The notes under the pieces were generated by a model that worked only from the letters and a program-made list of their open reading frames with translations, was not told the DNA's origin and made no database searches. Position numbers and translations under genes: made by a program. 64,000 nucleotides of DNA from Felis catus (Eukaryota): assembly GCF_018350175.1 (NCBI RefSeq), contig NC_058368.1:76508001-76572000 (forward strand), read 5' to 3'. Numbering within the stretch: position 1 is the first letter of the stretch; each line of letters starts with the position of its first letter. Below, one piece after another: positions 49,601 through 62,504 of this stretch.

Positions 49601-52020
49601 CTCAGAGAGGGAGCAATGTGTCCTGAGAGCATAAAACACAATTTATTACCTCCCGGGGTTGAGATACCCCCCCCCACACACACGGTGCCGAGAGAGTGTT
49701 CCAGAAACCAGTGACGTTTCAGGAAGAAATCATTGTTTTGGTAAGGTGTTGGCCATGTCCCGTCCTCAGCTCGGTGCCAAACAGAAAGGAGGCAAATAAA
49801 ACAAGATAAGAAGAGCGATGGAAGCATCTGAATGCTTGGTTCCAACAGTTAGACGGTTCCTCTCCAATCGGGCCTCTAGCGCCGCGCGTAATGGTTTCGG
49901 AGCCAGCAAGGATGTGGAAGGTTGGGGCCAAAACGTTAAGTCTGTGTTCTGAGTATTTCACAGAAGCCTTATCGAGCAACTTCTGGGTCAGATCCTTTGT
50001 GGGGTGCCCTGGACCCCAAGCCCCTGGCGCTGGAGGAGCTCAGGGCGCACAGCGGCTCTCACACACACACCCCTTTCCACATGAAGGGCCTGGAATACAG
50101 TAGGAAGGGTACCGAGGAGGAGGAAAGGTTAACCGTCCCCCGGGAGCTGATCTTGAAAGACGCACGAGAAAAAGAAAAGCCCCGTAGGCAGAGGAAATGG
50201 GACCCTTATAATTTTTTGTCCCCTATGCTTGGAATATTCTTCGCAGAGACTGGACAGTGCTCCCGTCTCGAAGATGCAGGTCTCTGCTCCCAGGGCCCGT
50301 CTCCCTGGAACCCTCTCTCGGCCCCCCTCCTCCACCCAGCTCCAGACTTCACTCTGCTTCATTTTCTTCATGGTTATCGCTCTAAGGATTTCAGATGACT
50401 TTTAATGATTCTATCTGCTATTTCCCCATTATAGTTTCCATTGCACTGTGGGCTCCAGGAGCGAGAGGGCTTTGGTTTTCTTGTTCGTCTTAGTGTCTCC
50501 AACATCTAGAGCGTGCGACCCAGCATCGCTGGTCAGTAAGTATCCGTGCAACCAACAGAGAAATCAGTGATACTACGGCAGTGTGTTTTTAACAGGAGAT
50601 TTGTTTTCATCGCTGAAAGAAAACAAGGCAAAATTATTTGCCAGTGTAATACAGGAGTGCTTTGATTTTAGCATTTCAAACAAGTATGATCACAGCCTTA
50701 CACATGAAGCACGAACACCGTATCTGTTTTAAAATTTCACACCAACCTTAGAACGCAAATGGAGGGGGCTCGCCAACCCCCTTCACCCTCCTCCACATGC
50801 TTTTGATAAAAGGCATTATAACTGGGCAATTTCGTTGATGTAAATTACTGTCTGAATAGCTTCATAGTAAATACTGTATTTCTATAACTTAATATTGTTT
50901 GGTGGGGGGAAAGAGTTTGTTTGTTTGTTTGTTTGTTTGTTTCTCACAGACTCCAGAAAGCTTACTGCATTCCAAGGTTTGGTTTTATTTTGAGCTCATC
51001 AGCTTAAGGATGAAAACCAAAAGATTGAGGTTCAAGTTCTGTCTTTATCATCATCTTCCATCTAATGCTGAGCGAGAGAGCGTCTCTCCTGTTGGTTTCC
51101 CTAGCTGCAAAATTAGGATAATAATAGCTTTCCTCCCCTATCTCGGCGAGATGTTGGGAGGATTAAAAAATATCACCTTTTTAATTAGTGTAGAAACTCT
51201 GCGATTTTAAGGAAGGTGTGACGTTCGCACAGGCTAGTGTTCAGTTTCCCGTCCTGCACTACTTTAATGGAAAGAACTGTTAGAAATCCAGCTGCTGAGA
51301 GAAAACACGAGCCAGAGAATCCTCTGTGTGATGGATGGGGTTGCGGAGAATCAATGATAATAGTATACACATTGGGCTTGGTGGGGATTTTCCTTCTAAA
51401 GACGTTAAGTATTTTATAAATATTATCTCTTTCATCCTTTTAAACTTCCTGTGATGTGGCATTTATTACTCTCAGCTTCCAGATGGACAACTAACCGCAG
51501 AGAAATGTATGATCTTCCCAAAGGCACATGATGGCTGAGTCTCAGTGCGCTCAGTTGAATGGCTTTGATGGACTGAGTCACTCATTCATTTGCTTATCCA
51601 CTTGGTCACTCAACAGGAAATGTGGAGAATCCATTCTGTGTGAGGCACTGCACTCAGGACATGGGGCGGGGGGGGGGGGGGTGCAGGGATGAGTAGAGCA
51701 CCTTGACAGGCACTGAGGTGAGAAGACCAAAGAGGTGGGCACGATATACTATGAGAAGGAGAAGACAGCACTCTATTAAGGACGCGTACATTTTCTTGTC
51801 GCATACGGCTGATGCTGTATATCTCCTCATGGAGATTCAAATATACCCTCAGTGACACAAAAGACACACAGCAAGTTCTGGCCAGTAAAACCCAGCTTAA
51901 AAACAAGTAAGAAGGGTGTGTGCTTGTCGTATGTCCTTCGGGTAAGTACATGTGAGCATCAATCTGTAGGCACCGGAAAATAAACAAGGAAGTGTTAAGC
52001 TGTTAAGACGGCAGGTCCCT

Positions 52021-52230
52021 GGGACGCCTGGGTGGCTCGGTCGGTTAAGCGTCCGACTTCAGCTCAGGTCACGATCTCGCGGTCCGTGAGTTCGAGCCCC
52101 GCGTCGGGCTCTGGGCTGATGGCTCAGAGCCTGGAGCCTGTTTCCGATTCTGCGTCCCTCTCTCTCTGCCCTTCCCCCGTTCATACTCTGTCTCTCTCTG
52201 TCTCAAAAATAAACGTTAAATAAAATAAAA
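52021..52230 (+). mobile_element. Young SINEC_Fc-type element
   Basis: TSD aagacgg(c/t)aggtccct. Confidence 0.95.
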
Positions 52231-52588
52231 AAGACGGTAGGTCCCTTCGTTTTTTGCACCTTCATGTATTTTCTGAACATTTTTGCAGTAAGCATGTACT
52301 GAGTTTTTAACGGAAACAGGTTCCTTTACTGATATTAAAATAACATGTTTATTCGCAAATAGATCAAATAGTGTAAAATAGAAATGGTTCAAATAAGAAG
52401 CAAATGTTTCTTCTTAGTCTCAACTCTCAGAAATAACCACCAGCGTCGATGTGTTTTATAGAAATCCTCATTTTTTTATCCACATATATATATATATATT
52501 TTTTTTTTTAAAGGAGATTATCACTGGGGTTCTGTCCCAAAATTATATACACCTTTCCAGGTTAATACATGTTGCTTTATTTTATTTC

Positions 52589-52804
52589 TTTTTTTTTCAA
52601 CGTTTATTTATTTATTTTTGGGACAGAGAGAGACAGAGCATGAACGGGGGAGGGGCAGAGAGAGAGCGAGACACAGAATCGGAAACAGGCTCCAGGCACC
52701 GAGCCATCAGCCCAGAGCCTGAGGCGGGGCTCGAACTCACGGACCGCGAGATCGTGACCTGGCTGAAGTCGGACGCTTAACCAATTGCGCCACCCAGGCG
52801 CCCC
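52589..52804 (-). mobile_element. Young SINEC_Fc
   Basis: Perfect TSD gctttattttatttctt at 52574-52590 and 52805-52821. Confidence 0.95.
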
Positions 52805-53616
52805 GCTTTATTTTATTTCTTAATGGATGGACTGAAATATGTTTAACAGAATTCCTACTATTAGACCTTATATTCTTTCTCCCTCCTTCTTTCCTTCCTT
52901 CTTCTCTCCCTTCCTTGCTTCCTTCCTCTCCTCTTTGTGCCTTTCTTTCTCTCTCTCTTTCTTTCTTCTTTCTTTTAACTGGCAGGTTGACACTACAGAC
53001 CCCCATGCACATATCTTTCGAAATTTGTCAGATGATTTCCTTAAGGTAAAATCCTAGAGTGGCCAAAATGAACAAATCAAGAGACTATAGATGCTGGAGA
53101 GGATGTGGAGAAACGGGAACCCTCTTGCACTGTTGCTGGGAATGCAAACTGGTGCAGCTGCTCTGGAAAACACGGTGGTGGTTCCTCAGAAAACTAAAAA
53201 TAGATCTCCCCTATGACCCAGCAATAGCACTGCTGGGAATTTACCCAAGGGATACAGGAGTACTGATGCATAGGGGCACTTGTACCCCAATGTTTATAGC
53301 AGCACTTTCAACAATAGCCAAATTATGGGAAGAGCCTAAATGTCCATCAACTGACGAATGGATAAAGAAGTTGTGGTTTATATATACAATGGAATACTAC
53401 TTGGAAATGAGAAAGAATGAAATCATGCCATTTGCAGCAACGTGGATGGAACTGGAAGGTATTATGCTAAGTGAAATAAGTCAGGCAGAGAAAGATACCA
53501 TATGTTTTCACTCATATGTGGATCATGAGAAACTTAACAGAAGATCGTGGGGAGGGGAAGGGGGCAAAAAAAGTTACAGAGAGGGAAGGAGACAAACCAT
53601 AAGAGACTCTTAAATA

Positions 53617-53831
53617 GGGGCGCCTGGGAGGTGCAGTCGGTTAAGCCTCCGACTTCAGCCAGGTCACGATCTCGCAGTCTGTGAGTTCAAGCCCCGCGTC
53701 AGGCTCTGGGCTGATGGCTCAGAGCCTGGAGCCTGCTTCCGATTCTGTGTCTCCCTCTCTCTCTGCCCCTCCCCCGTTCATGCTCTGTCTCTCTCTGTCC
53801 CAAAAATAAATAAACGTTGAAAAAAAAAAAA
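53617..53831 (+). mobile_element. Young SINEC_Fc inserted in the L1 3'UTR
   Basis: Perfect TSD aagagactcttaaata at 53601-53616 and 53832-53847. Confidence 0.95.
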
Positions 53832-54018
53832 AAGAGACTCTTAAATACTGAGAACAAACTGAGGGTAGATGGGGGGTGGGGGGGAGGGGAAAGTGGGTGA
53901 TGGGCATTGAGGAGTGCACCTGTTGGGACGAGCACTGGGTGTGGTCTGGAAACCAATCTGACAATAAATTATATAAAAAATAAACAAATATTAAAAAGTA
54001 AAAAATAAGTTTAAAAAA

Positions 54019-54237
54019 TTTTTTTTAATTTTTTTTAACGTTTGTTTATTTTTGAGACAGAGAGAGACAGAGCATGAACAGGGAAGGGTCAGAGAGAGGG
54101 AGACACAGAATCTGAAACAGGCTCCAAGTTCTAAGCTGTCAGCACAGAGCCCGACGCGGGGCTCGAACTCACAGACCGTGAGATCATGACCTGAGCCGAA
54201 GTCGGCCGCTCAACCGACTGAGCCACCCAGGTGCCCC
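54019..54237 (-). mobile_element. Can-SINE (Fc2-like) inserted antisense in the L1 A tail
   Basis: TSD agttt(t)aaaaaa. Confidence 0.93.
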
Positions 54238-55705
54238 AGTTTTAAAAAAATTAAAAAAAAATCCTCGAGGTGGAATTAACAAGTCAAAGATCACTCACAT
54301 CTTCAATATCAATATACATTACTGTCAAACAGTTTTCTGGAGGAAAGTTGCATTGAAATGCACTTGGCCACCAACTGTGTAGAGACTTACCTGATCCCAT
54401 ACACCCTTGCTGTATCATGTCTCTCATTTTTGCCCACCTGTGTGAAAAAAGACACTTCATGATTTAAGTTGGCATAAATTCATCATTTGATTTGGGCCTC
54501 CCTTCAGAGGTTCATTTATTGGCTCTTTGTGTTTCTTCTGAAATGATTTGCCTATTCACGTCTTTGCCCCTTTGCTTCTGAAATGCTTTCTTAGTATTGA
54601 TTTCCAGTAGAGTTTTATATATTAAGAATCGGAGCTATGTACCCATCCCACACGTTGCCAGCAATTCCTAATGCAGTGTTAATGAAAGAAACAAACAAAA
54701 ACCTTCAAAATAAGGACAGCTGTCATTCTCAAATTTGGAAAGATAAATCATAGGCAATTACTTTAAACAGAATACTACACAAAACAGGTGGATCAGTGTT
54801 CCAAGAAATTAAAAACATGAATTAAAAAATTTTTAAATGATTTGAGAAGCAGAGATACAAAATGAATCAAATAAATAAACCGAAGTGTATGGAACGGTGA
54901 TTCTTCTGAAAGACATAGAAAATGTGAAATTATTTTTTAAGAGACCGGTTTAAAAAAAAGAATGGATCCAGTAGCTTACCCATACGTTTAGGAGGTGTTC
55001 TGAAAAGGACAATGAGCAAAGAGAGGAGAAGAAATTGTTTTGAAGTTTAAAGAGAAGAAAATTTCTCAGAACTTCAGAGAGAAAGAAATGTCTGAATAAA
55101 ATATTATAAAAGCAAGCAAAGAAAAACAATGAAAAGCAATTTTCTCTAAAAGTTATTTTACCAAATTCCACGTAAATCTAATAATAATCGGAATTTTTAA
55201 AACTTTTTATCATTTTCTTTTTATAAATTTTGACAACTAATTCTAAAATTTATCTGGGAGAATATCTTTTGATGAAGACCACTGGAAAGGAGGATTTATT
55301 TGAAATCAAATAAAATATGAATCAGTAGAAGTTAAAACAAGGTCTTATTTGTGCAAGAATAAGAAATCAATGGAGCAAGACGGATGAATGAGAAACTAAT
55401 TAATGTATGCCAAATATTCTATAATATGAAGATTCAAACGTTTTAAAACTGATTACTTACAAATGGTGTCGCATACTTTGTTACTTATTTGAAAAAAACT
55501 ACAGTTGGATTTCCACCTCAAACCATCTACTAAGATGAATTCCAAATGGTTAAAAGAGGTAGGGGAAGAAAAAAGAGAATCCATGTGAAAAGATACAGGA
55601 GTGTTTCTCTTTAGGATTTCAGTGTATTCGTGGCTTCCTATGCAAAACACAAAATTCTGAAGCCACTAAAGTGAAAGGTGGAAAGTATGGTCTGAGATGA
55701 AGACA

Positions 55706-57949
55706 CGTGGCGGATTGAAGGTAACCACACTTTATTGCACTTCTTCCACGGAAGGGTGAGTTCTACGATTCCTCCCCTTGAATCTAAGTGAGTATCCAGC
55801 CCAGTTCAGGTAACTCCAGTCCCTACTCCTGAGCTTAATGATTCTAAATGAAAACTACCCATCTGAGCCCCGGGCAACTCATAAAATTGTGAGAGATGAT
55901 AATTACATGTGGTCTTAAGGAACTACATTTTAATATTTTATGTAAAGCAGGGACAGAGCATTGGAACGCAATTTGGTACTGCATATAGGGTGCTTCCATA
56001 AGTTCGAAGACCGGTGACAGTGGTTCTGGGACCCAACGGTGGAGAGAAGACAGACGAGTTTTGAAGATACTGTTAGAGAAAGGTAGAATAGCCTTGAGAC
56101 AACCATTAGTGGGGCTCGATGGGAGTGAAAATCATTGTACTGGGAGAAAAGGTGACCTGGTAGATAATACCGTCACCAACGGTAATGTGGAAAACAGAAA
56201 ATATATTTAATGCACGGATGGATTTGGCTAAGGATATTTCTCATCAGAATGTTAAATGTCCCAACTATTTGTTAATCATGTGCGAGAAAGATAGCTAACA
56301 TTTTTTTTTTAAATAAGAACAATTCGGGTTTCATGTTGAATTTCCAAAAACTAAATTGAAGGCGATACTTACTGAGATAGAAAATTAAACTATTTCTCAT
56401 CCTGAGTTGCTCCAGAGGTGTCAAAGGCTCAAGAAATGAGAACTGGCTTCAGGACAAATATAAAATCCAGAGCACTATCAGTGGCCATGGCTTCAGAGTA
56501 ATGACTTTAATAGTGTGCTAGCCAACCTTTTGGTGAGCCCTCAGAGTGTTTTAGGTGCGTACCCAGTAGGGCCTCAAATAATCCTCAGGTCACTACCCAT
56601 GGATCTTCTCTCTCAGACAATAGGTACCATAAGAGTCCTAAGCGAACGTCCCAAAGACACACCCGACGCGAAGCAAAAAGGCTTCCGAAAACCGTAAAGA
56701 GGTTGTTCCACAGCACCCTGACTCTTGGCTCAAATAAACAGCTTATGTCGGGAAAATGTGAGTATGGCTTTTGTCTAGTGATGTATAATCTGATCTGCAA
56801 GGAATCTACAAACTTTTGAAGAGAATCCTATCAGTTTTGGCTGATGGGGTTGGGGGTAGTACAAAATGAAAAGGGCCTTTGGATACCCCCTCTGCAAATG
56901 ACAATGGGCAGAAAGAAGGCAGAGGAAACGTTCAGATGTGAACAGTCTATATTTTATGGAAAAAGAAAGATGACGTGAAGGAAGAAACAAGAAACTAGGG
57001 CCCAAAGCCAAAAGCCGTGGAGAATCATTCCCAGGAAACAGAACAATTCAAAGAATTGGCAATATGTGCCCAGCTGGATTTCATAATTGCTATGGACCAA
57101 TGACTGCCATGTGCCTCCTATTTTCCTCACTTTTGAATGAGAACGCCATTTGTGGTTTCTCTATGCCTGTCCAACATTGTATGTCTAGTGTGTGTGTGGA
57201 TATAACTTGCCTCTTTGGTTCACAGGTCTTCAAATAGAGAGGGCCCACACCCAAGGCACCTCGTTCACACCTGGACCTGATTTAGATGATAAAAGCCTGA
57301 ACTTTGAACTTGAACTTGAAGCCATCAGGGTATAAATGAGGCTGTAGGTGGGAGGAGGAGTGTTAGGAAGTAGAAGGGGGGCAGCGGCATAAATTTTGCA
57401 TGTGGGAAATATGTAAATATGGGAATAATTTTGGTAAAAGAGTGGAGCTTGGTGGTTTAAAGTAGTCACACAAAAAAAGTAGGTCACAACATTTTTTTTA
57501 ATATTCATCCTGTCCCCTCCTTTGAATTTGGTGGGCTCTCTGACTGCCTTGACCCACAGATTAGAGCAAAAGTAAGGCTTTGCCACTTTTCATGCCTAGG
57601 ATTTAAGAGACTGGCCATTGCACATCTTGTCTCTTGGACCACTTGTACCGGAAACAATCCACCATGCTGTGAGGGCCCCAAACACATGGACAGATGAAAT
57701 TAAATGAAGCTCACGTGTAGACACATTAACTGACAGCCTCAACTGAGCCTCCAGCAGAGTTTCCAGGGACAGTAACACCGACTACCACCCTGTGTGCGAG
57801 ACTTCATGGGGTCAAGCCTTTAGACGATTCTCCTCTTAGTTGCTTCATTACCATAACCACACGAAAGACTAAGCAAGAGATTCTCACTGTGGTGCCCAGT
57901 CAGCTCACAGAACTGTATGAGATGATACCTTGTTGGTTTAAGTTGTTAG
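55706..57949 (+). mobile_element. MaLR provirus remnant LTR-int-LTR (MLT1G/H-like)
   Basis: Shortened 5' LTR ~55706-55965, internal region beginning aatttggtactg...gggtgct, 3' LTR ~57450-57949 sharing ccc.ttgaat and gaga.gata motifs. Confidence 0.65.
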
Positions 57950-58103
57950 ATCACAAAGAATGCATGCCCGTAATGTGTAGAGAGCTGCTGCAAGTCAATA
58001 AAAAAGAAAAAGAGCTCAATACAAAAAATGGGCAAGGAATATGAAAAGGCAATTCCCAGAAAAAAGTATAAATGATAAACAAGCCTGTAAAAAAATCTCA
58101 TAA

Positions 58104-58228
58104 GGGGCACATGGGTAGTTCAGTCAGCTAAGCACTCAACTCTTGGTTTCAGCTCAGGTCATGATCTATGGTTTGTGAGTTCAAGACTGGCATCAGACTC
58201 CACACTGATAGCATGGAGCCGGCTTGGG

Positions 58229-58280
<52 letters not shown>

Positions 58281-58338
58281 TCTCTCTCCCTCCTTTGCTT
58301 ATACTCCCTCTCTCAAAGTAAATAAATTTTTAAAAAAA
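58104..58338 (+). mobile_element. Can-SINE (Fc3-like)
   Basis: Long (CT)n; TSD ending ctcataa. Confidence 0.92.
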
Positions 58339-58628
58339 GATGCTCATAAGCTATATGAGAGAAATACAAATTAAAGTAACAAGGAGACAACTTTTTTCTT
58401 CAATCTGATTGGCAAAAGTTAAAATGACAGGTAAATGTAGTTTCAGTGGCTGCCTTGGAAAATCGATACCTTTACGAACTAATATGACAGTGTGTATACT
58501 TTCATGGAAAGCAATTTGTGTCATTTTTAAATTTTATTTTATTTTATTTTTTAACTTAATTCACATACTGTTAACTTTACCATTTCTACTAGTAGGACTC
58601 TAGCCTGTGGGAAAAATATATATACATA

Positions 58629-58635
<7 letters not shown>

Positions 58636-58676
<41 letters not shown>
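58636..58676. repeat. (CA)n microsatellite
   Basis: Seen directly. Confidence 0.95.
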
Positions 58677-58680
<4 letters not shown>

Positions 58681-61182
58681 GGAACAGAGATGTTCATTGT
58701 GGCATGTTTTGCAATAATTAAAATGGAAAGTAATGTCAAAATTATCAATTAGTAATTAATAAACAATAAGATATCTATACTATATGAGAATTTTAAAGAA
58801 TGAGGCGTATGTACATTATTGACATGAAGGATATCCACAATGCATTTTTAAACAGAAAAGAGAGTTGCAGAACAACATATATAATATCATCTCATTTATG
58901 TTTTTAAAAGTGTGGGTATTCATGCACATTTGTAAGCATCTGCTTATGTGTATGAAAGAAAACCTCTGGAAAGATTCACAACGAATATTAGCAACCATGG
59001 AAATGGAGTAGACGTCGTGTTGGCAGCTGGAGGTGTGTGTGCATCCACACAATTAGCATCTTTAGAAGGAGCAGACAGGTGAAGGTTATCTCTGACCTTT
59101 GAAAATGTCCCCATCCCACCACCACCAAACAACACACACACACACATACACACACAAAGACCAATTGACCGGGGAGGAATAGTGCACAGCCGTAGGAAGT
59201 TGTCAAAGAGGAAAATGGAATCCAGGGGAGAATTTTGCCATCAAGAGTCAAGGAAATCGTCTGAATGTTGAGCAGACACACAGGATCCAGGGGGTGGTGA
59301 AGTTGCGGGGGTGGCTTCAATTGTCTCACAGAGCAAGGGGGAAAGGGGTCCAGAGCACAAGGGTGGGGTATGGGGGCTGTAGGCCGTGCCTGGGACCATG
59401 GGCTGGCCTCTGAAGGCTGCTGGCGGGAGAGGATCTTCCAGATGGAGTGGCCCAGCTAGCAGAAGCATGGCAGATGCAGAAAATGTCAGAGACTCTGCTT
59501 CACTCATGAGTCTCCCACTTCCTCCAATACAACCAAGTATTCCAGGATAAGGGACTATATTTATGCGTAAAATTTAGCGCGGGTATAGCTTTTGCTGACT
59601 TACACAACACCTGATAACCAGAACACTTCCCTCTCATAGACCTCCTTTGTCCCCTTCCAGGCTATAGATGCGCTCTATCACCCTGTCCCCTGCCCTCTTG
59701 CCCCCAACAGGCCTAGGTGGGACCATATGCACACCCAAGATTAGCTCCTGAAAGTCTCCCAATGAGAAGGTGATAAGCTTGAAGTTTAACTCACTTGAAC
59801 TTTTCCTTGTACAACAAAAAGGAGCAACGCATCTAGACTTAGATCCTTACCGGACGGTCTTCCCAGAAGATGACCTCCCCTCCACTCCTAACCCAGTTCT
59901 CTTGCTTTTAGATTTGACCCAGGACCAACCACATGCACTCCCGCTAATCCACCATGGAAACACCTCTTTCTGGAAAATACCATTCAGACCTGGGGGGTTT
60001 GCTGGTTGTTTTGGTTCTTTGCCCACGAGCAAGGGAGGACAGGGTCCTCTCATTCTGGATCAGTCTTTCACCAGTGACAGCTGGGTGATTCCCTTATTTA
60101 ATAACCTATTAGTTAAAGACGTGTTAAAATCTGAAACCACGGAGACAGCATCATCTAAACCCACTTTGGGGAGAAAATGGAGTATTTCTGCTCCCACCAA
60201 AGCTCTGGCTTTCAAGGAATGATAAATTCCTCCTAGGAGAAACTCTGACCCTTGCCCCATGCAGCCTGCAGCCTCACAGCAAAGCCACGCCAGCTTCTAC
60301 TGGTCGCTCATTTTCTACCTGGGGCGATGACACCAGCTGCCATTGTAGTGCATTTATCTGGGGTCTCTCTCCAATGTATACTGGGAGCAGTTTGCCATTT
60401 CCTGTCACCATGTAATTATCACAAAGCCCTTGTACGCTGTGACAGATGTGATTTCTCCCCAGCTATGACATGGCCCGTTCAGGAAATGACTATTTTTAGG
60501 CAGAGGTCCTGGTCCCTGGTTCCATTCCCACAGCCACCTTCTATTTTCGTGCTCTGTTCAGCTCCCGGATCTAACCGTGCCCAGAGAATTCCCACAAGAG
60601 TTTTGCAGAAAGTCAAACCTAGCGCCACTCCTGAATTAATGAAGCCCTCTTGCTGTCAGTGGAGTTTAATGGATTTCACCATCCCGTGTATTTTCACACC
60701 CAGAACAGAAAGTCATACAAAGGTAACTTAATTCAGGGGTGACCTTTGAGTTCACTGCCTGGCAGTGTTGTAAATCTTGCGCAATGGCAGGTTTATTCCC
60801 TCGTCCATGATTTCCATAGGCGGCTTCACCTTCCGTGAGGCGATGACTTAAAAGGGTTGCAAAAATGTTACCTCTGTCTAAAATGGGCTACAGACGTTGC
60901 ATTTCATCAACCCTGGTGATAACTTATCCCTATTCATTCCCCAAATTTCACATGTTGCTACACCATCGTTTAAAAAGATTGGGTCCCCATGGTACTTAAC
61001 ATCTCTAGTAACTAGAAAGAAAAAAAAATTTCTATTCTGTTCTCTTGATTGAAGCACCATTTTTGGTTACTTTCTAAGGTTCAAGAATTACCAAACGTGG
61101 GGCTTTATTTTTCAATTTTTCTTGCTATCATCTTAAGTCATTTCATGATCAGTTGTAATTCTCATCTTTAGCATTAAATGCA

Positions 61183-61397
61183 GGGACACCTAGGTGGCTC
61201 AGTCGGTTAAGTGTCTGACTCTTGATATCCCAGCTCAGGTCGTGATCCCAAGGTTCGTGTGTTCAAGCTCCACATCAGGCTCTGTTCAGACAGTGCAGAG
61301 TCTGCTTGGGATTCTCTCTCTCCCTCCCTATACCCTTCCCTCATTCTGTCTCTCTCTCTCAAAATAAATAAGCTTAAAAACATAAAAATTAAAGTAA
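61183..61397 (+). mobile_element. Can-SINE (Fc3-like)
   Basis: TSD attaaatgc. Confidence 0.92.
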
Positions 61398-61657
61398 ATT
61401 AAATGCGAATGTGTCAGGTGAGTTTGAGATGAACAAAATCTCCACAGTGGACTTGGTTGATTTAGAATAGGGTTTCGGGGTGCCTGGGTGTCTCAGGCAG
61501 TCAAGCGTCAGACTTCAGCTCAGGTCATGATCTCACAGCTTGTGAGTTCGAGCCCCGCGTCGGGCTCTGTGCTGACAGCTTGGAGCTTGGAGCCTGCTTT
61601 GGATTCTGTGTCTCCCTCTCTCTCTACCCCTCCCCTGCTCATGCTCTCTCTCACTCT

Positions 61658-62504
61658 TGAAACAGCAGACCTAGGCCGGCCGACTAGTGACTATGTCCCT
61701 GACATGGCCGCAGAAAGAGGTTCCCGCTCAAACCTCAGACCACACCTCCTCCCCTTGAGTAACTCATGCTTTCTAAGAAAGCAGGCTACCGATTGATACA
61801 TTCTTCCGAAGTCTAAGGTGGGAGGAAGGGGAGTATGAGAGGCGTGGAAAGTGTGAGTAGAAGAGGGAGGGCTTCTCTCAGGTAGGGGCCAGAGGCAGGA
61901 GCCCTCAACCCTGTCCAGGCTTAGAATGACCTGGGAGCATGTTACCCCTCCCCAAACCAATTAATCAGAGTCTCTGGGGATGGTGTTTGGTGCTAGGTAT
62001 TTATATAGCACAGCAAGGCTGACAGCCAATGGTTAATAGGTGACCAGTGAGAAACGTTCTGTGTACATTGAGGCTAAACATGTTAGAGACCCTCAGACAC
62101 AGTGGTTCTTAAACTTCAGGTGCATCAGAATCTCCTGGAAGACTTGTTCAAACACAGATTGCTGAGCCCCACCCCCAGAGTTTCTGATTCAGTGGGTCTG
62201 TGACCACCAGGCCCAACATTTGCATTTTTAGCAAGTTCCAGGTGACGCTGATAGTTACTGATCTGGGACCACACCTTGGCAGCCATTGTTCTATCCTTCC
62301 CCAGCCAATCGGCTAAGGCCATGATCCCTATAAAATCTTTGTGCTTTTGAACCCCCCACCCCCACCCCAGTATCTCATCACTCTGTCGCCCTGTCGGTGC
62401 AGGTAGGGGATTGAGCTGGAGCTAGCTTGAATAAAGGCTCTTTGCTTTTGCATTGGACTCGGCTCCCTGGTGGTCTTTGGGGATCACGAATTCTGGGCAT
62501 AACA
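61658..62504 (+). mobile_element. ERV1-like solo LTR (847 bp) with an internal host-like segment
   Basis: TG...CA ends, 4-bp TSD ctct, CCAAT ~62305, TATAAAA ~62329, AATAAA ~62430, U5 end ctgggcataaca. Confidence 0.85.
62100..62288 (+). mobile_element. MER5A (hAT-Charlie), full length and diverged, lying inside the LTR
   Basis: cagtggttcttaaactt...gcatcagaatctcctgga...aaacacagattgctgagccccacccccagagtttctgattcag...atttgcatt...caagttccaggtga...gggaccacac; 189 bp. Confidence 0.9.

Larger units (their letters stand above)
53056..54261 (+). mobile_element. 5'-truncated felid L1 (ORF2 C-terminus, 3'UTR, A tail)
   Basis: ORF 53059-53613 is the L1 ORF2 C-terminus ([54 protein letters not shown]) with a terminal frameshift; TSD aaaatcct(a/c)gag. 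Confidence 0.95.
52380..54665 (-). mobile_element. Old L1ME (antisense) hosting later insertions
   Basis: Antisense L1 3' text on both sides of the inserts (gatttccttaaggtaaaatcct | gaggtggaatt...gtcaaag...tttgcctattcacgtctttgccc). Confidence 0.65.
55200..59000 (+). mobile_element. Old L1ME (sense) fragments on either side of the MaLR provirus
   Basis: gacaactaattctaaaatttatctgg...gatgaattccaaatgg (55.2-55.7 kb); caagtcaataaaaaag...aaatgggcaagg...gatgttcattgtggcatg (57.95-59.0 kb). Confidence 0.65.

Noticed and set aside
37625-51947. Isolated GTAAGT donors (37654, 51942)
   Set aside because: The window-wide GTAAGT count appears no higher than chance, and one lies in a MIR.
53059-53613. 184-aa ORF as a host gene
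   Set aside because: It is a truncated L1 ORF2 C-terminus with a frameshifted end.
59770-60731. Two consecutive 150-160-aa plus-strand ORFs
   Set aside because: They have non-ATG starts, different frames and no recognisable homology.
5568-61796. Recurrent ORFs such as MAQSVKRPTSAQVMIS...SLSAPPP
   Set aside because: They are translations of Can-SINEs, not a gene family.
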